From positions 1 to 57,370 of the forward strand of contig CANQAT010000001.1 in NCBI GenBank assembly GCA_947588925.1: a stretch of 57,370 bases of DNA, given 5' to 3'. The translations under genes and the position numbers were made by a program. Of the stretch, positions 10,070-19,758 are shown in pieces. Every line of letters starts with the position of its first letter. Position 1 is the first letter of the stretch. This DNA comes from an uncultured Bacilli bacterium. Lineage in GTDB: Bacteria; Bacillota_I; Bacilli_A; RF39; UBA660. The notes beneath the pieces were generated by a model. It worked only from the letters and a program-made list of their open reading frames with translations. It did no database searches and was not told the origin of the DNA.

Positions 10070-10834
10070 TTATTTAAAATTTTTACTGTTTCGCTTAAAA
10101 ATCTTCTTTTTTTGAGCATTTTTTTCTTTTGAAGGATTGTTTTCATCAATTAATTGATGTTTTAAGTCCTCAAGTTTTTTCTTTCTTTTTTTGATATTGT
10201 CTTTGTTATCTTCTAAATAAGAATCAGGATCTATAGAATCATAATCTTCATCCATACTATATATTTCTATTAATCTTGCGGTTTCTTCTTTTAGATAATT
10301 AGATACTTTTTCCTTTTGCTTGTTAAGTGGTAGTTTAGCTGCGTCGCCTTCTACATGAAGAATTATAACATCATCAAACGATTCTCCTAATATATACATA
10401 ATTTCACTTTTTTCATTTTCATCATCAAACTTTATTGTTGATATGTTATCCTCTTCTTCATCTATATCTGTAGAAATTATAAGTGCATTTAGCGCAGTTT
10501 CTTTTCTTTTGAACATTTCTTTTTCTTCTTCAGTCATTTCCTCTAGTATACCTTCAATCTTTAATTGATCTAATAGTACAGGCTTTGACTGATTATAATC
10601 TATTACATTTTTAGATACTTGCAGTATGTTTAATATAGGAATAAACAATGGTAAAAGTTTAAGCTTTGTTAAATTAGGATAATTTTCCTTCTGCTCTTCT
10701 GATAATTTATAAAGGTTTACTTTATATCCTGCCTTTCCTGCGTCTTTAAATAACCTAAGTTCATTTGAAATTTCCATAACTATACTTGCAATACAAGTTC
10801 CTACATATAATATTATTAGTTCCATTATACTCAC
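10070..10834 (-). CDS. Hypothetical protein with an N-terminal TM segment and a highly charged C-terminal half
   Basis: 254-aa ORF with a hydrophobic N terminus and a Lys/Glu-rich tail. Confidence 0.45.
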   Translation of the reverse strand: MSIMELIILYVGTCIASIVMEISNELRLFKDAGKAGYKVNLYKLSEEQKENYPNLTKLKLLPLFIPILNILQVSKNVIDYNQSKPVLLDQLKIEGILEEMTEEEKEMFKRKETALNALIISTDIDEEEDNISTIKFDDENEKSEIMYILGESFDDVIILHVEGDAAKLPLNKQKEKVSNYLKEETARLIEIYSMDEDYDSIDPDSYLEDNKDNIKKRKKKLEDLKHQLIDENNPSKEKNAQKKKIFKRNSKNFK

Positions 10835-10926
10835 TTCCCCCTAACTAAGATTATAACATCTTTTTATATACTAAGAAAGTATTTGGTGAGAAAAATGTGA
10901 ATTAGAAAAAATATAAAATTTGTATA

Positions 10927-10954
10927 TTGACTTTAAATTAAGTTGTGTTATAAT
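10927..10954 (+). promoter_or_regulatory. Sigma-A-type promoter candidate with an extended -10
   Basis: TTGACT (10927..10932), 16-nt spacer, TGT-TATAAT (10946..10954). Confidence 0.5.
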
Positions 10955-10959
10955 ATTTA

Positions 10960-11007
10960 TAGGTTCAGTGATTTGCAACTTATTGTTGTGAATCCTACCT
11001 TTTTTTT
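10960..11007 (+). ncRNA. Hairpin plus T8 immediately downstream of the promoter: a short RNA or a leader attenuator upstream of the abi gene
   Basis: TAGGTTCA ... TGAATCCTA stem with an inner CAAC/GTTG pairing, followed by TTTTTTTT. Confidence 0.4.
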
Positions 11008-11065
11008 CGAATTTTTTTTAAAAAAATGAATATAACTAATTATGAACAGAAATGTTCAGTTCAGT

Positions 11066-11097
11066 GTCTAACAAGTTATTCTTGCTAGGCCTTTTTT
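11066..11097 (+). terminator. Second terminator-like hairpin in the abi leader
   Basis: CTAACAAG / CTTGCTAG stem with one mismatch, then GCC and TTTTTT. Confidence 0.4.
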
Positions 11098-11152
11098 GTT
11101 GTTTTCTAATTATGTTTATGATATTATATTTATTAAGAGGTGACTGCAATTG

Positions 11153-12097
11153 ATGTTAGTAAAGGAATACAAGAATCCAGATGAAATAATAAATATTTTA
11201 ACTTCACGTGGAATGTTATTTTCACAACCAATTGTTGCAAAAAAGCATTTAAATGAGATTAATTATTTCTTTCTTAAAGGGTATCAAAAATTATTGATAA
11301 AAAGAAACGATGGAGAAGAATATAAAAACAATTGTGATTTTAATGAATTAATTAATTTATATTTTTTTGATAAAGAGTTGAAAGCTTTATTACTAGAATA
11401 TTTATTAGATATTGAACAAAAAATAAAAACTGCTATGTCTAATATTATATCTGCAAAATATGGAGTTAAGGATAGAAGGTATTTAATGTCAAAAAACTTT
11501 GATACAAACAGTCCTTATTTGCAAACTGCATTATTAACTGTAAAAAATCAAAAAAAATCTTATGGAGAAAAAAATACCGCTGTCAAATATTATAAGGATA
11601 CTTATGGATATGTACCTTTTTATGTTTTATCAAAATGTTTAACATTTGGAGCAATAAAAAAATTATATAATGTAATGAAACAAGTGGATCAAGCTGCTAT
11701 TTGTAATCAAATCTTATTTATTAATATAAATAAAAAGAAAATAAGTAAAACAAAACAAATAATAGCTTTAGTGGCTGATGTAAGAAATATGTGTGCTCAT
11801 GATGAAATTGTTTTTGATTTTGTTCATAGAAGCATAGATATTGGAGAATTTCCAGAACATTCTATGTTTAACTTAAAAAGAACAAAAGAAGGCAATTTAA
11901 TTCAAGGCAGAAAAGATTTATTTGCATTATTATTGTGTATGAAATACTTAATGAATAGAACTGACTATAACAAGATGATACAAAAGTTAGATTCATTGAT
12001 AATAAAGACTTCTTCGAAATCTAAAGTTTATACCAAAGATGAATTAATTGAATATATGAATTTGCCTATAGATTATTTAAAAATAAGACAAATATAA
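11153..12097 (+). CDS. Abi-like (Abi_2, AbiD/AbiF-type) abortive-infection family protein
   Basis: Family-typical size and the conserved DVRNMCAHDE motif. GAGGTGA RBS lies 9 nt upstream of ATG 11153. Confidence 0.75.
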   Translation: MLVKEYKNPDEIINILTSRGMLFSQPIVAKKHLNEINYFFLKGYQKLLIKRNDGEEYKNNCDFNELINLYFFDKELKALLLEYLLDIEQKIKTAMSNIISAKYGVKDRRYLMSKNFDTNSPYLQTALLTVKNQKKSYGEKNTAVKYYKDTYGYVPFYVLSKCLTFGAIKKLYNVMKQVDQAAICNQILFININKKKISKTKQIIALVADVRNMCAHDEIVFDFVHRSIDIGEFPEHSMFNLKRTKEGNLIQGRKDLFALLLCMKYLMNRTDYNKMIQKLDSLIIKTSSKSKVYTKDELIEYMNLPIDYLKIRQI

Positions 12098-12320
12098 TTT
12101 CTTCATTCACACTTTATATTTTGATTTTAGGTGCTTTCTAGTGTAATTTATCATATCTTGTATATTTAACCAAAATCATATTTATTGTGGCATATAGGAC
12201 AAGCGCATACAATATTTCAGGTATTCCTAAACCGAGATGACTACGTTTTATATAGTGACTATTGGCCATGATAAAGGTACAGAAGCATGACAGTACATAC
12301 TATCTTTTTTACTTTCATTG

Positions 12321-12427
12321 GAATATCAGTTGATTTATGTTTATGCACTTTAATTTTTGTACAGTATTTTTGATTTAACTGTGTATTACTTTTAGATTTT
12401 GCACAATATTTCTGATTTATTGTGCAT
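12321..12427. repeat. Three degenerate direct repeats (core ATATYNNTGATTTA) spaced 40-42 bp apart; two of them form hairpins
   Basis: TGATTTA occurs at 12331, 12371 and 12413 with similar flanks. TGCACAA/TTGTGCA is a perfect 7-bp inverted repeat in the third unit. Confidence 0.45.
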
Positions 12428-12569
12428 TTCACAATTTTATATACGCTTTAACTTACTATTTTGTACTCCAATTATACTCCGAAGCATGCAAAATTGACGG
12501 AAAATGGAGTACAAATATGAAATTATTCCAGCAAAAATCCCTTATTTTATAAGGGATTATATATTTAAG

Positions 12570-12656
12570 TGGTGCCTGTGATCGGACTCGAACCGATACG
12601 ATATTGCTATCATTGGATTTTGAGTCCAACGCGTCTACCAATTTCACCACACAGGC
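12570..12656 (-). tRNA. tRNA-Leu (anticodon CAA), class II with a long variable arm and encoded CCA
   Basis: Acceptor GCCTGTG/CACAGGC, anticodon loop CUCAAAA, T-arm GGTTCGAGTCC, 3' ACCA. A hairpin AATCCCTTA/TAAGGGATT follows its 3' end. Confidence 0.9.
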
Positions 12657-12702
12657 AAGTAATTAAATTATATCATACTTTTTTATAATTTAATACCTTT
12701 TT

Positions 12703-13263
12703 TTATATTTCTTCTTTGTATTTTGACTCAAATAAATATTTTTCTTCGTCTGGTTCTTCATTTTTTTCAAATTCTATTTTTGGTAAATCTTCAATGCTTC
12801 CTAATCCAAAATAATCTAAGAACCTTTTTGTTATGTTATAAAGTCTTGGTCTACCAGGAGCTTCTGATCTTCCAACTTCTTCAATAAGTCCCTTTAAAAG
12901 TAGTTTTCTAACTACATAACTTGAGTTTACTCCTCTAATATTATCCACTTCAACTCTAGTTATAGGTGCATTATATGCAATTATTGCCAAAGTTTCTAAA
13001 GATGATTCACTTAATGGAGAATTCTCTTCATCTTCTAATAGCTTTTTATAGTATTCTTTGTGTTCCTTCTTTGTGGTTAATTTAAAAGCGTTTCCTAAAA
13101 ATTCAAGTTGTATGCCTCTATCTTGACTTTGATAATCATTATATAAATCTTGAATAGTTTTTTTAACTTCATCCACGCTAAACTCAGTTATTTTAACTAA
13201 CTGTTCTAATGATATTCCATCCTCACCACTTAAAAATAATAAACCTTCTATGATTGCTTTCAC
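12703..13263 (-). CDS. scpB: Segregation and condensation protein B
   Basis: Motifs LETLAIIAYNAPITRVEVDNIRGV and GRPRLYNITKRFLDYFGL. Coupled to scpA. Confidence 0.85.
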   Translation of the reverse strand: MKAIIEGLLFLSGEDGISLEQLVKITEFSVDEVKKTIQDLYNDYQSQDRGIQLEFLGNAFKLTTKKEHKEYYKKLLEDEENSPLSESSLETLAIIAYNAPITRVEVDNIRGVNSSYVVRKLLLKGLIEEVGRSEAPGRPRLYNITKRFLDYFGLGSIEDLPKIEFEKNEEPDEEKYLFESKYKEEI

Positions 13264-13982
13264 TACGATACACCTTTTTCTTTTACAATAATATTATTAA
13301 AATTACTTTCTTGCTCTATTTCAATTTCCTGATTTCTAGACATAGATAATATTGACAAAAAAGTTATTACTACATATTCTTTTGTTATTATATCAAATAA
13401 ATCTGTAAAATTAACTTTCTTTTTAATCTTTAGTATATTTTTAATCTCTTTACTTCTTTTGCTAATGCTATATTCTTTATTAGTTATTTTAGTATTTAAT
13501 GGTTTTTCTAACTCTTTATTTTCTAAAAACTTTGTCAAAGCATTAACTAAGTCATCTACGCTAACACCATAGTCTACTTTTTCATCTTCTCTAAATTCTA
13601 GTAAACTGTCTGGTTCTTTTGTATAAACTTCTTTTCTTTTTTCTTCAAATTCCTTAAAAGTACTTGAAATTTCTTTATACTTTTCATATTCTAACAATCT
13701 ATTAATTAACTTTTCTTTAGGATCTTCTTCAAACTCATCATCTTCAGTTTCTTTTTTTGGTAGTAGGGAAGATGATTTAATCTCAATTAATTCAGCTGCC
13801 ATTACGAGATATTCACTTGCAATATCCAAATTTAACTCACTCATATGGTTTATATAATCTAAATATTGTTTCGTTATTTCATCTATACTTATTTCATATA
13901 TATCTATATTTGACTGCTTTATTAAATGAAGTAATAAATCTAGAGGACCCTCAAATTCATTTATTTTTATTTCATATTTCAT
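13263..13982 (-). CDS. scpA: Segregation and condensation protein A
   Basis: N-terminal FEGPLDLLLHLI motif. Shares one nucleotide with the scpB start. Confidence 0.85.
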   Translation of the reverse strand: MKYEIKINEFEGPLDLLLHLIKQSNIDIYEISIDEITKQYLDYINHMSELNLDIASEYLVMAAELIEIKSSSLLPKKETEDDEFEEDPKEKLINRLLEYEKYKEISSTFKEFEEKRKEVYTKEPDSLLEFREDEKVDYGVSVDDLVNALTKFLENKELEKPLNTKITNKEYSISKRSKEIKNILKIKKKVNFTDLFDIITKEYVVITFLSILSMSRNQEIEIEQESNFNNIIVKEKGVS

Positions 13983-14113
13983 TAATTAACAACTCCACAA
14001 ATATTATAATTGATTTTTAAAATTTATACAACAAAATGTTAATAGTTATATAAAGATATATTTCATTTTTTGATTTTTTATTGTATACTTATATAAGGTA
14101 GATGGGTGATACT

Positions 14114-15715
14114 ATGATACTAAAAAAGCCTTATGCATTTTTCATTAAAATATTTAAACCATTACATTTAGTACTTGGAATAATTATTTTATATTCAATA
14201 ATTTTAAACAATAAAATATTAGAGTTTTTAAATACTTATCTGCACACTTCTTCTAGCGTTGTTGGACAAAATATACAAAGTACCTATATTAACTCTTTGA
14301 TATTTATAATACCAGTAATTATAATTGTACTTTCTATGATTATTTTGGGTATTATGTTTAGGAAAAAGAAACCAATATCATTTTATCTAATATGTATATT
14401 TGCATTCATTTTTGTCTTAATAATAAACGTTTATACTTCAAATTTCTTAAAAATGTTAGAAAGCTCTATTTTAGCTATTAAATCTATCAAACTTATCCAC
14501 GATTTAGTTTTGATTAACATTATGTTACAAAGTATTATAATGATATTTTTCATAACACGCGGAATGGGTCTTAATTTTAAAAAATTTGACTTTAACTCAG
14601 ATTTATCTAAGTTTGATATAAGTGAAAGCGATAAAGAAGAGTTTGAGGTAAGTGTAAATATAGACTTAGATGAATCAAAAAGACTAAGAAAAGAAAAAAT
14701 AAGAAACATAAAATATTTTTATGTAGAGAATCGTTTTAAAATAAATTTGGGATTAATTATAATTGTCCTTGTATCTTCTATAGTTGGAATTTACGCGTTT
14801 TTTGGAATTAATAAGTCAAAAAATGTAGAAGGAATAACATATTCTATTTCTAATTTTAATATAAAGGTAGATAAAACAACTATCCTAGATAAAGACTATT
14901 TAGGAAATAAGTTTAGTTCTAGTGATGATGTTTTGATCGCTTTAAATGTAGAACTCAGTTCAAATATAGAAAATAAGAATTTATCTTTAAGCAATTTTTA
15001 TCTAAATATAGATTCTACAAAATTTAAACCAACTATTAAATATAACAATCGTTTAATCGATTTAGGAAATGTATACAGCGAGGATACTTTAAATAAAGAA
15101 GCGAAAAATTATATACTTGCATATCAAATACCTTATAAATATGTAAATAGTTCTATGAAACTATCCTATAAAAATTTAGAAGATAGTATCGATATAAGTT
15201 TAAATCCAAAATATATGGAGGATAAATCTAATACCATTGTAAAAAAACTAGGTGATGAAATTTCATTTGAAGATACCCTAGGAGATATTAAATTTAAAAT
15301 AGATAATTATGAAATAGGTAAAAAGTTTTTGGTTAATTATAATTTTTGCCTTACTGGGAATAATTGTAGCCAAAACTGTATTCAAGATGGAAGCTGTATT
15401 TCATCTAGGGAGTATTTAACCCCATCAATAGATACTAATTATAAAAAAGAAGTGTTAAAATTAGATGTCAATTTTTCAAATAATAGTGAAATAAGCTCTA
15501 CTAATTTTTATACATTCTTAAATAAGTTTGGTTCTATAAGTTATAAAATAGGTGATACTTGGAATATTGAGGCTGGAAATTTTGAATATATAGAAAGCAA
15601 AAAAACTAATACTAAAAGTATGCATATAGGTATAAATTCTGCTGTAAGTGGGGCGGATGAGATTAAGCTTGTATTTAATATCAGAGATTATAGATACGAA
15701 TATATTCTAAAGTAG
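14114..15715 (+). CDS. Polytopic membrane protein with a large C-terminal extracytoplasmic domain; first gene of the Tad/T4SS locus
   Basis: About five N-terminal TM helices and another near residue 215, followed by a ~300-aa hydrophilic domain. ATG 14114 has better RBS spacing than 14102. Confidence 0.5.
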   Translation: MILKKPYAFFIKIFKPLHLVLGIIILYSIILNNKILEFLNTYLHTSSSVVGQNIQSTYINSLIFIIPVIIIVLSMIILGIMFRKKKPISFYLICIFAFIFVLIINVYTSNFLKMLESSILAIKSIKLIHDLVLINIMLQSIIMIFFITRGMGLNFKKFDFNSDLSKFDISESDKEEFEVSVNIDLDESKRLRKEKIRNIKYFYVENRFKINLGLIIIVLVSSIVGIYAFFGINKSKNVEGITYSISNFNIKVDKTTILDKDYLGNKFSSSDDVLIALNVELSSNIENKNLSLSNFYLNIDSTKFKPTIKYNNRLIDLGNVYSEDTLNKEAKNYILAYQIPYKYVNSSMKLSYKNLEDSIDISLNPKYMEDKSNTIVKKLGDEISFEDTLGDIKFKIDNYEIGKKFLVNYNFCLTGNNCSQNCIQDGSCISSREYLTPSIDTNYKKEVLKLDVNFSNNSEISSTNFYTFLNKFGSISYKIGDTWNIEAGNFEYIESKKTNTKSMHIGINSAVSGADEIKLVFNIRDYRYEYILK

Positions 15716-15723
15716 GTGACTAT

Positions 15724-16395
15724 ATGATAAAAAATATATTAAAAAAAGCTATATTTATATTTGTAATGTTTTTGTGTAATAAAACTGTATCTGCTCTTTC
15801 CTATGAAGGGTGTGACTATCAAACTATAGCTAATTTAAAAAACGTTATTAACAATATAAATATTTCTTATGACTATCACGAAGAGGACAATCAAGTGTAT
15901 TTTGATGTTACAATAAATAATATAATACCTCAAATTTACTTTGTAGATTCTAATGATGGAAAGACTTATTACTATAGTGATACAAATAGTGGAGAGATAA
16001 CAATTAAAAATTATACATATGCAAGTAACTATAAATTTTATTCAAATATAGATGAATGTAAAGGTCTTTCTATTGGGACTAAATACTATACGTTTCCTAC
16101 ATATAATAGATACTATAACGATCCATTATGTGAGGGAATTAATGACTTTGAGATGTGCAAAAAGTGGGTTAAGAGTAATGTTTCATATGATACATTTGTA
16201 AGTAGTGTTGTTAAATATAAAAATAGTTTTAATAATCAAGCCGTAATAGATGAACCTTTTGAATACGAAGAGAGTTTTAGCGATTATCTTGCAGAACTTT
16301 ACGTAAATTACTATTACTACTTTTTTATAGGCATTATAGTAATATGTGTTACTATAATTCTTATAAGTAGAAGAAAAAATAGATTTAAATTGTAA
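15724..16395 (+). CDS. Secreted cysteine-containing protein with a C-terminal TM anchor
   Basis: Signal-peptide-like N terminus and C-terminal YYYFFIGIIVICVTIILI followed by RRKNR. Confidence 0.5.
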   Translation: MIKNILKKAIFIFVMFLCNKTVSALSYEGCDYQTIANLKNVINNINISYDYHEEDNQVYFDVTINNIIPQIYFVDSNDGKTYYYSDTNSGEITIKNYTYASNYKFYSNIDECKGLSIGTKYYTFPTYNRYYNDPLCEGINDFEMCKKWVKSNVSYDTFVSSVVKYKNSFNNQAVIDEPFEYEESFSDYLAELYVNYYYYFFIGIIVICVTIILISRRKNRFKL

Positions 16396-16455
16396 TAATA
16401 ATATTGTTAAAAAGAACAATATGTGATAAAATTATTATGTACGGTAGGTGATATT

Positions 16456-16884
16456 TTGAGAGAGTCTATGTGGGGATATGCTGTTATGGTGTTAGGATTA
16501 CTAGCCATAGGCATAATTTGGTTTTTCGCGAATGCGACTAGAACTGATGAGCACAATTTTAATTTATTAAAAGAAACTGTTGAGGCTGCAATGGCAGATG
16601 CGGTTGATTTAGCAGCTTATAGAGCTGATGGAACTGTAAGAATAGAAGAAGAAAAATTTATTGAAAACTTTATTCGTAGATTTTCAGAAAATGCAGATCT
16701 ATCTAATACATACGTAGTTGAGGTATACGATGTAATTGAGGTTCCACCTAAAGTAAGCATAAGGGTATCAAGTATAAAGTCTCAAAACTTTTCACTACCA
16801 AACAGTCAAAACCCAGATGTTAGTCAAACTTTTGATTTTGATATAGTAAATAATATTGATGAAATACTGGAAACTAAATATTGA
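16456..16884 (+). CDS. Minor pilin / TadE-like candidate sharing the locus prepilin-like leader
   Basis: TTG start behind AGGTGA. The first codons TTGAGAGAGTCTATG are nearly identical to ATGAGAGAGTCTATG at 21502. Leader LRESMWG is followed by a hydrophobic helix. Confidence 0.5.
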   Translation: MRESMWGYAVMVLGLLAIGIIWFFANATRTDEHNFNLLKETVEAAMADAVDLAAYRADGTVRIEEEKFIENFIRRFSENADLSNTYVVEVYDVIEVPPKVSIRVSSIKSQNFSLPNSQNPDVSQTFDFDIVNNIDEILETKY

Positions 16885-16899
16885 GAGGAGAATAAAAAG

Positions 16900-17712
16900 A
16901 TGAATAATTTTGTTATAGGGTTAAAAAGATTTTTTACTAATAAAAATGTTGTAACAATAATTTTAGTTATTGTTATATTAGTTGTATTATATTATGGATA
17001 TAGTGGGAGTATAAAACAAAAAACAGATCCTGTCACTGTCCCAGTAGCTGCAAGAAAGATAGGACCACAGACAAAGCTAACATCAGACGATATCACTTAT
17101 GTTCAAGTAGCTAATAGTATGGTAAGTAAAAATGCACTTAGATATGTTGGAGATATTATTGATAAATATACTAATGTTAATGTTACTATTCCTGAGGGAA
17201 GTATGTTTTATAGTGAATGGTTAGATGTTCCTGAAAATATACCGGGCAACTGGATTGAACAAATAGACCGCGCATCAGGAGATCTTGGATATTACATGAG
17301 TGTTAGTATTGAAAGTACACTTGGTAAATCAGTACTTCCTAATTCATATATAGATATCTATATGAAAGCATTTGATGAAAATGGAACTATTATATTTGGT
17401 AAACTAATGAAAAACGTTAAAGTATTAGTAGTACACGATAGTGCAGGAAATAATATATTTGCTAATCCTGATGAAATTGGTGTTCCTGCAAAAATAGGAT
17501 TTGCTGTAAATAAAGATATGTATATTTTACTTAAAAAAGCAGAATTTTTAAATCTTGAATTAGTTTTAGCTCCTCGTGGATCTGAAGTACCAGCAGAAGA
17601 TTATGCGATAGTTACTAGTGCGACATTAAGAGATTATATTGACGCTCAGACTATAACTGTAGATGATGAGGTAATAACTGATACACCAAATACGGAACAA
17701 GAAGCAAGTTAG
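16900..17712 (+). CDS. CpaB/RcpC-like Flp pilus assembly protein (N-terminal TM plus SAF-like domain)
   Basis: TM anchor, then VPVAARKIGPQTKLTSDDITYVQV, which is typical of a SAF domain. Position is immediately upstream of the Tad ATPase. Confidence 0.6.
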   Translation: MNNFVIGLKRFFTNKNVVTIILVIVILVVLYYGYSGSIKQKTDPVTVPVAARKIGPQTKLTSDDITYVQVANSMVSKNALRYVGDIIDKYTNVNVTIPEGSMFYSEWLDVPENIPGNWIEQIDRASGDLGYYMSVSIESTLGKSVLPNSYIDIYMKAFDENGTIIFGKLMKNVKVLVVHDSAGNNIFANPDEIGVPAKIGFAVNKDMYILLKKAEFLNLELVLAPRGSEVPAEDYAIVTSATLRDYIDAQTITVDDEVITDTPNTEQEAS

Positions 17713-17721
17713 TGAGGAACC

Positions 17722-18843
17722 ATGACTGACAATATATTTGAAGGGATGGACTTTGGGCCTCTTAAAGAATATTTAGACAATGATGATATAACAGATATAT
17801 CTTATAGTAATAATGGACAAATTTGGTTAAGGACCTTATCAAAAGGTATATTTAGAATTGAAAACCCAGCTATAAACAATGCTTTTATAGAAAAACTCGC
17901 TTTTCAATGTTCAAATGTAATGGGTAAAAGCTTTAATGCTGCGCACCCTTTTCTCGATAGTGAAAGTTCTGAACTTCGTATGAATTTCGTACATGATTCA
18001 ATAGCAAGAAATGGAGTAGCATGCGTTATTCGTAAAACACCAGCTAAGATACGTCTTGAAAGAAACAAGATATTAAAAGAAAAATATATTACAGAAGATA
18101 TACTTGACTTTTTAATAACTTGTGTACACGGGCATTGCAATATAATCGTATGTGGAGAAACTGGATCAGGTAAAACTGAATTTGTTAAGTATTTGGCAGC
18201 TCATACATATGAAAATGAAAAGATAATAACTATTGAGGATACTTTGGAGTTGCACCTCGATAAAATATATCCAAATAGAGATATAGTTGCAATGAAAACA
18301 AATAATGTAGCTAGTTATACGGATGTTTTAGTAACTTGTATGAGACAAAATCCTAAATGGATTTTACTATCAGAGGTTCGTAGTGCGGAAGCAGTAATGG
18401 CCGTTAGAAACTCTATTTCATCAGGTCACAATATACTATCTACAATACATGCAGATAAAGCATCTTCTATACCTAATCGTATGTATAGCTTACTTGAGAC
18501 TAACCAAGATATAGACCAGTTTTTAAAATCAATTTATAGATATATACAATTAGGTGTATATATAAGAGGATATCAAGATAGGATTACAAAGCAGTTTGTA
18601 AGGGAAGTAGCGGAAGTAACAGAATTTTATGTAACAGATGATAATGAAGCAAAATATAATACTCTTTATAAAAAAACTCCAGATGGAAAAGTATATAGAA
18701 AGAACCCTAGTAAATATTTAATTGAATATTTAGAGTCTCAGGGTACTATGTTGCCATCAGGATTTATAAAGTCTGAATACGATAACAATTCAGAAGATGT
18801 AGAAGAAACAAAAACAAATTCAAGCGAAATAATTTTTGAATAG
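17722..18843 (+). CDS. CpaF/TadA-type (VirB11 superfamily) secretion ATPase
   Basis: Walker A GETGSGKT, Asp box ITIEDTLEL, Walker B WILLSEVR, His box GHNILSTIHA. Confidence 0.85.
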   Translation: MTDNIFEGMDFGPLKEYLDNDDITDISYSNNGQIWLRTLSKGIFRIENPAINNAFIEKLAFQCSNVMGKSFNAAHPFLDSESSELRMNFVHDSIARNGVACVIRKTPAKIRLERNKILKEKYITEDILDFLITCVHGHCNIIVCGETGSGKTEFVKYLAAHTYENEKIITIEDTLELHLDKIYPNRDIVAMKTNNVASYTDVLVTCMRQNPKWILLSEVRSAEAVMAVRNSISSGHNILSTIHADKASSIPNRMYSLLETNQDIDQFLKSIYRYIQLGVYIRGYQDRITKQFVREVAEVTEFYVTDDNEAKYNTLYKKTPDGKVYRKNPSKYLIEYLESQGTMLPSGFIKSEYDNNSEDVEETKTNSSEIIFE

Positions 18844-18855
18844 GAGAAGGGATTT

Positions 18856-19758
18856 ATGAATATAACTTTACTTTTTATAATTGTTTCTATATTGATTATA
18901 TTTATAATTATATATAGAAGTAGTATGGGTGAGCAAACTTATAAATTTATAAATAAACAATATCGCAGATTATATAGTAAAGTTTCTCCTTATACTTATA
19001 AAGAAATAAGAAAAAAAATTCGTGAATTAAAACAGGATTATACTGTTCAACAATATATTGGACAAGTACTAATATTTGCTCTTGGTGGAGGTATAATATC
19101 ATATCTATATTTTTACAATCTTGTAGTTGCTATAATATATGCAATAGCTGCTGTTGCAGTTGTTCCATATATAAACTACTTAAGATGTAAAAGATTATAT
19201 AGTGAATTTATATTTGAACAAATACAAGTATATACTACTAATACGATAATGGAATTTAATACAACTCAAAGCTTTGTAAAAGCACTAGAGGGTGTTTATT
19301 ATTCAGGAGTATTAGAAGACCCTGTTAAAGCTGATGTTAAAACTATGATAGACATGGCATATGAAAATGGAACCATAAATCAATCATTAGAGTTTATGCA
19401 AGAAAAATATGATTTTTATATGGTTAAGAATATGCACCAGTTGTTTTTACAAATTACTAATGAAGGTGCGAAAGATGTAAGCGATTCTTTAGAGAATATG
19501 TCTCTTGACATAGATATGTTAGTAGAGGCAGTTTATCGTGATAGAATAGATAGAGCAGCATTCTATAAAAAGTTTTTAATATTCGGTTTAGTACTATATT
19601 TAATGATAGGATTAGTTCAAATAATGTTAGGAGATACGTACCACAGTATGCTTGATCTTTGGTATGCGAGATTATTATTACATGTTATAGTCATAATAAA
19701 TTCATATTTCCTAATATCAGGAACAAAATATTATAATGAGAATGTGGGGGCTGAATAA
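18856..19758 (+). CDS. TadB-like platform protein (type II secretion system F family topology)
   Basis: 300 aa with TM, cytoplasmic helical domain and TM-pair architecture. Lies directly after the ATPase. Confidence 0.6.
   Translation: MNITLLFIIVSILIIFIIIYRSSMGEQTYKFINKQYRRLYSKVSPYTYKEIRKKIRELKQDYTVQQYIGQVLIFALGGGIISYLYFYNLVVAIIYAIAAVAVVPYINYLRCKRLYSEFIFEQIQVYTTNTIMEFNTTQSFVKALEGVYYSGVLEDPVKADVKTMIDMAYENGTINQSLEFMQEKYDFYMVKNMHQLFLQITNEGAKDVSDSLENMSLDIDMLVEAVYRDRIDRAAFYKKFLIFGLVLYLMIGLVQIMLGDTYHSMLDLWYARLLLHVIVIINSYFLISGTKYYNENVGAE

Noticed and set aside
12456-12650. A 64-aa ORF on the minus strand.
   Set aside because: It overlaps the tRNA-Leu gene (12570..12656), and its N-terminal part is just the tRNA sequence read as codons.
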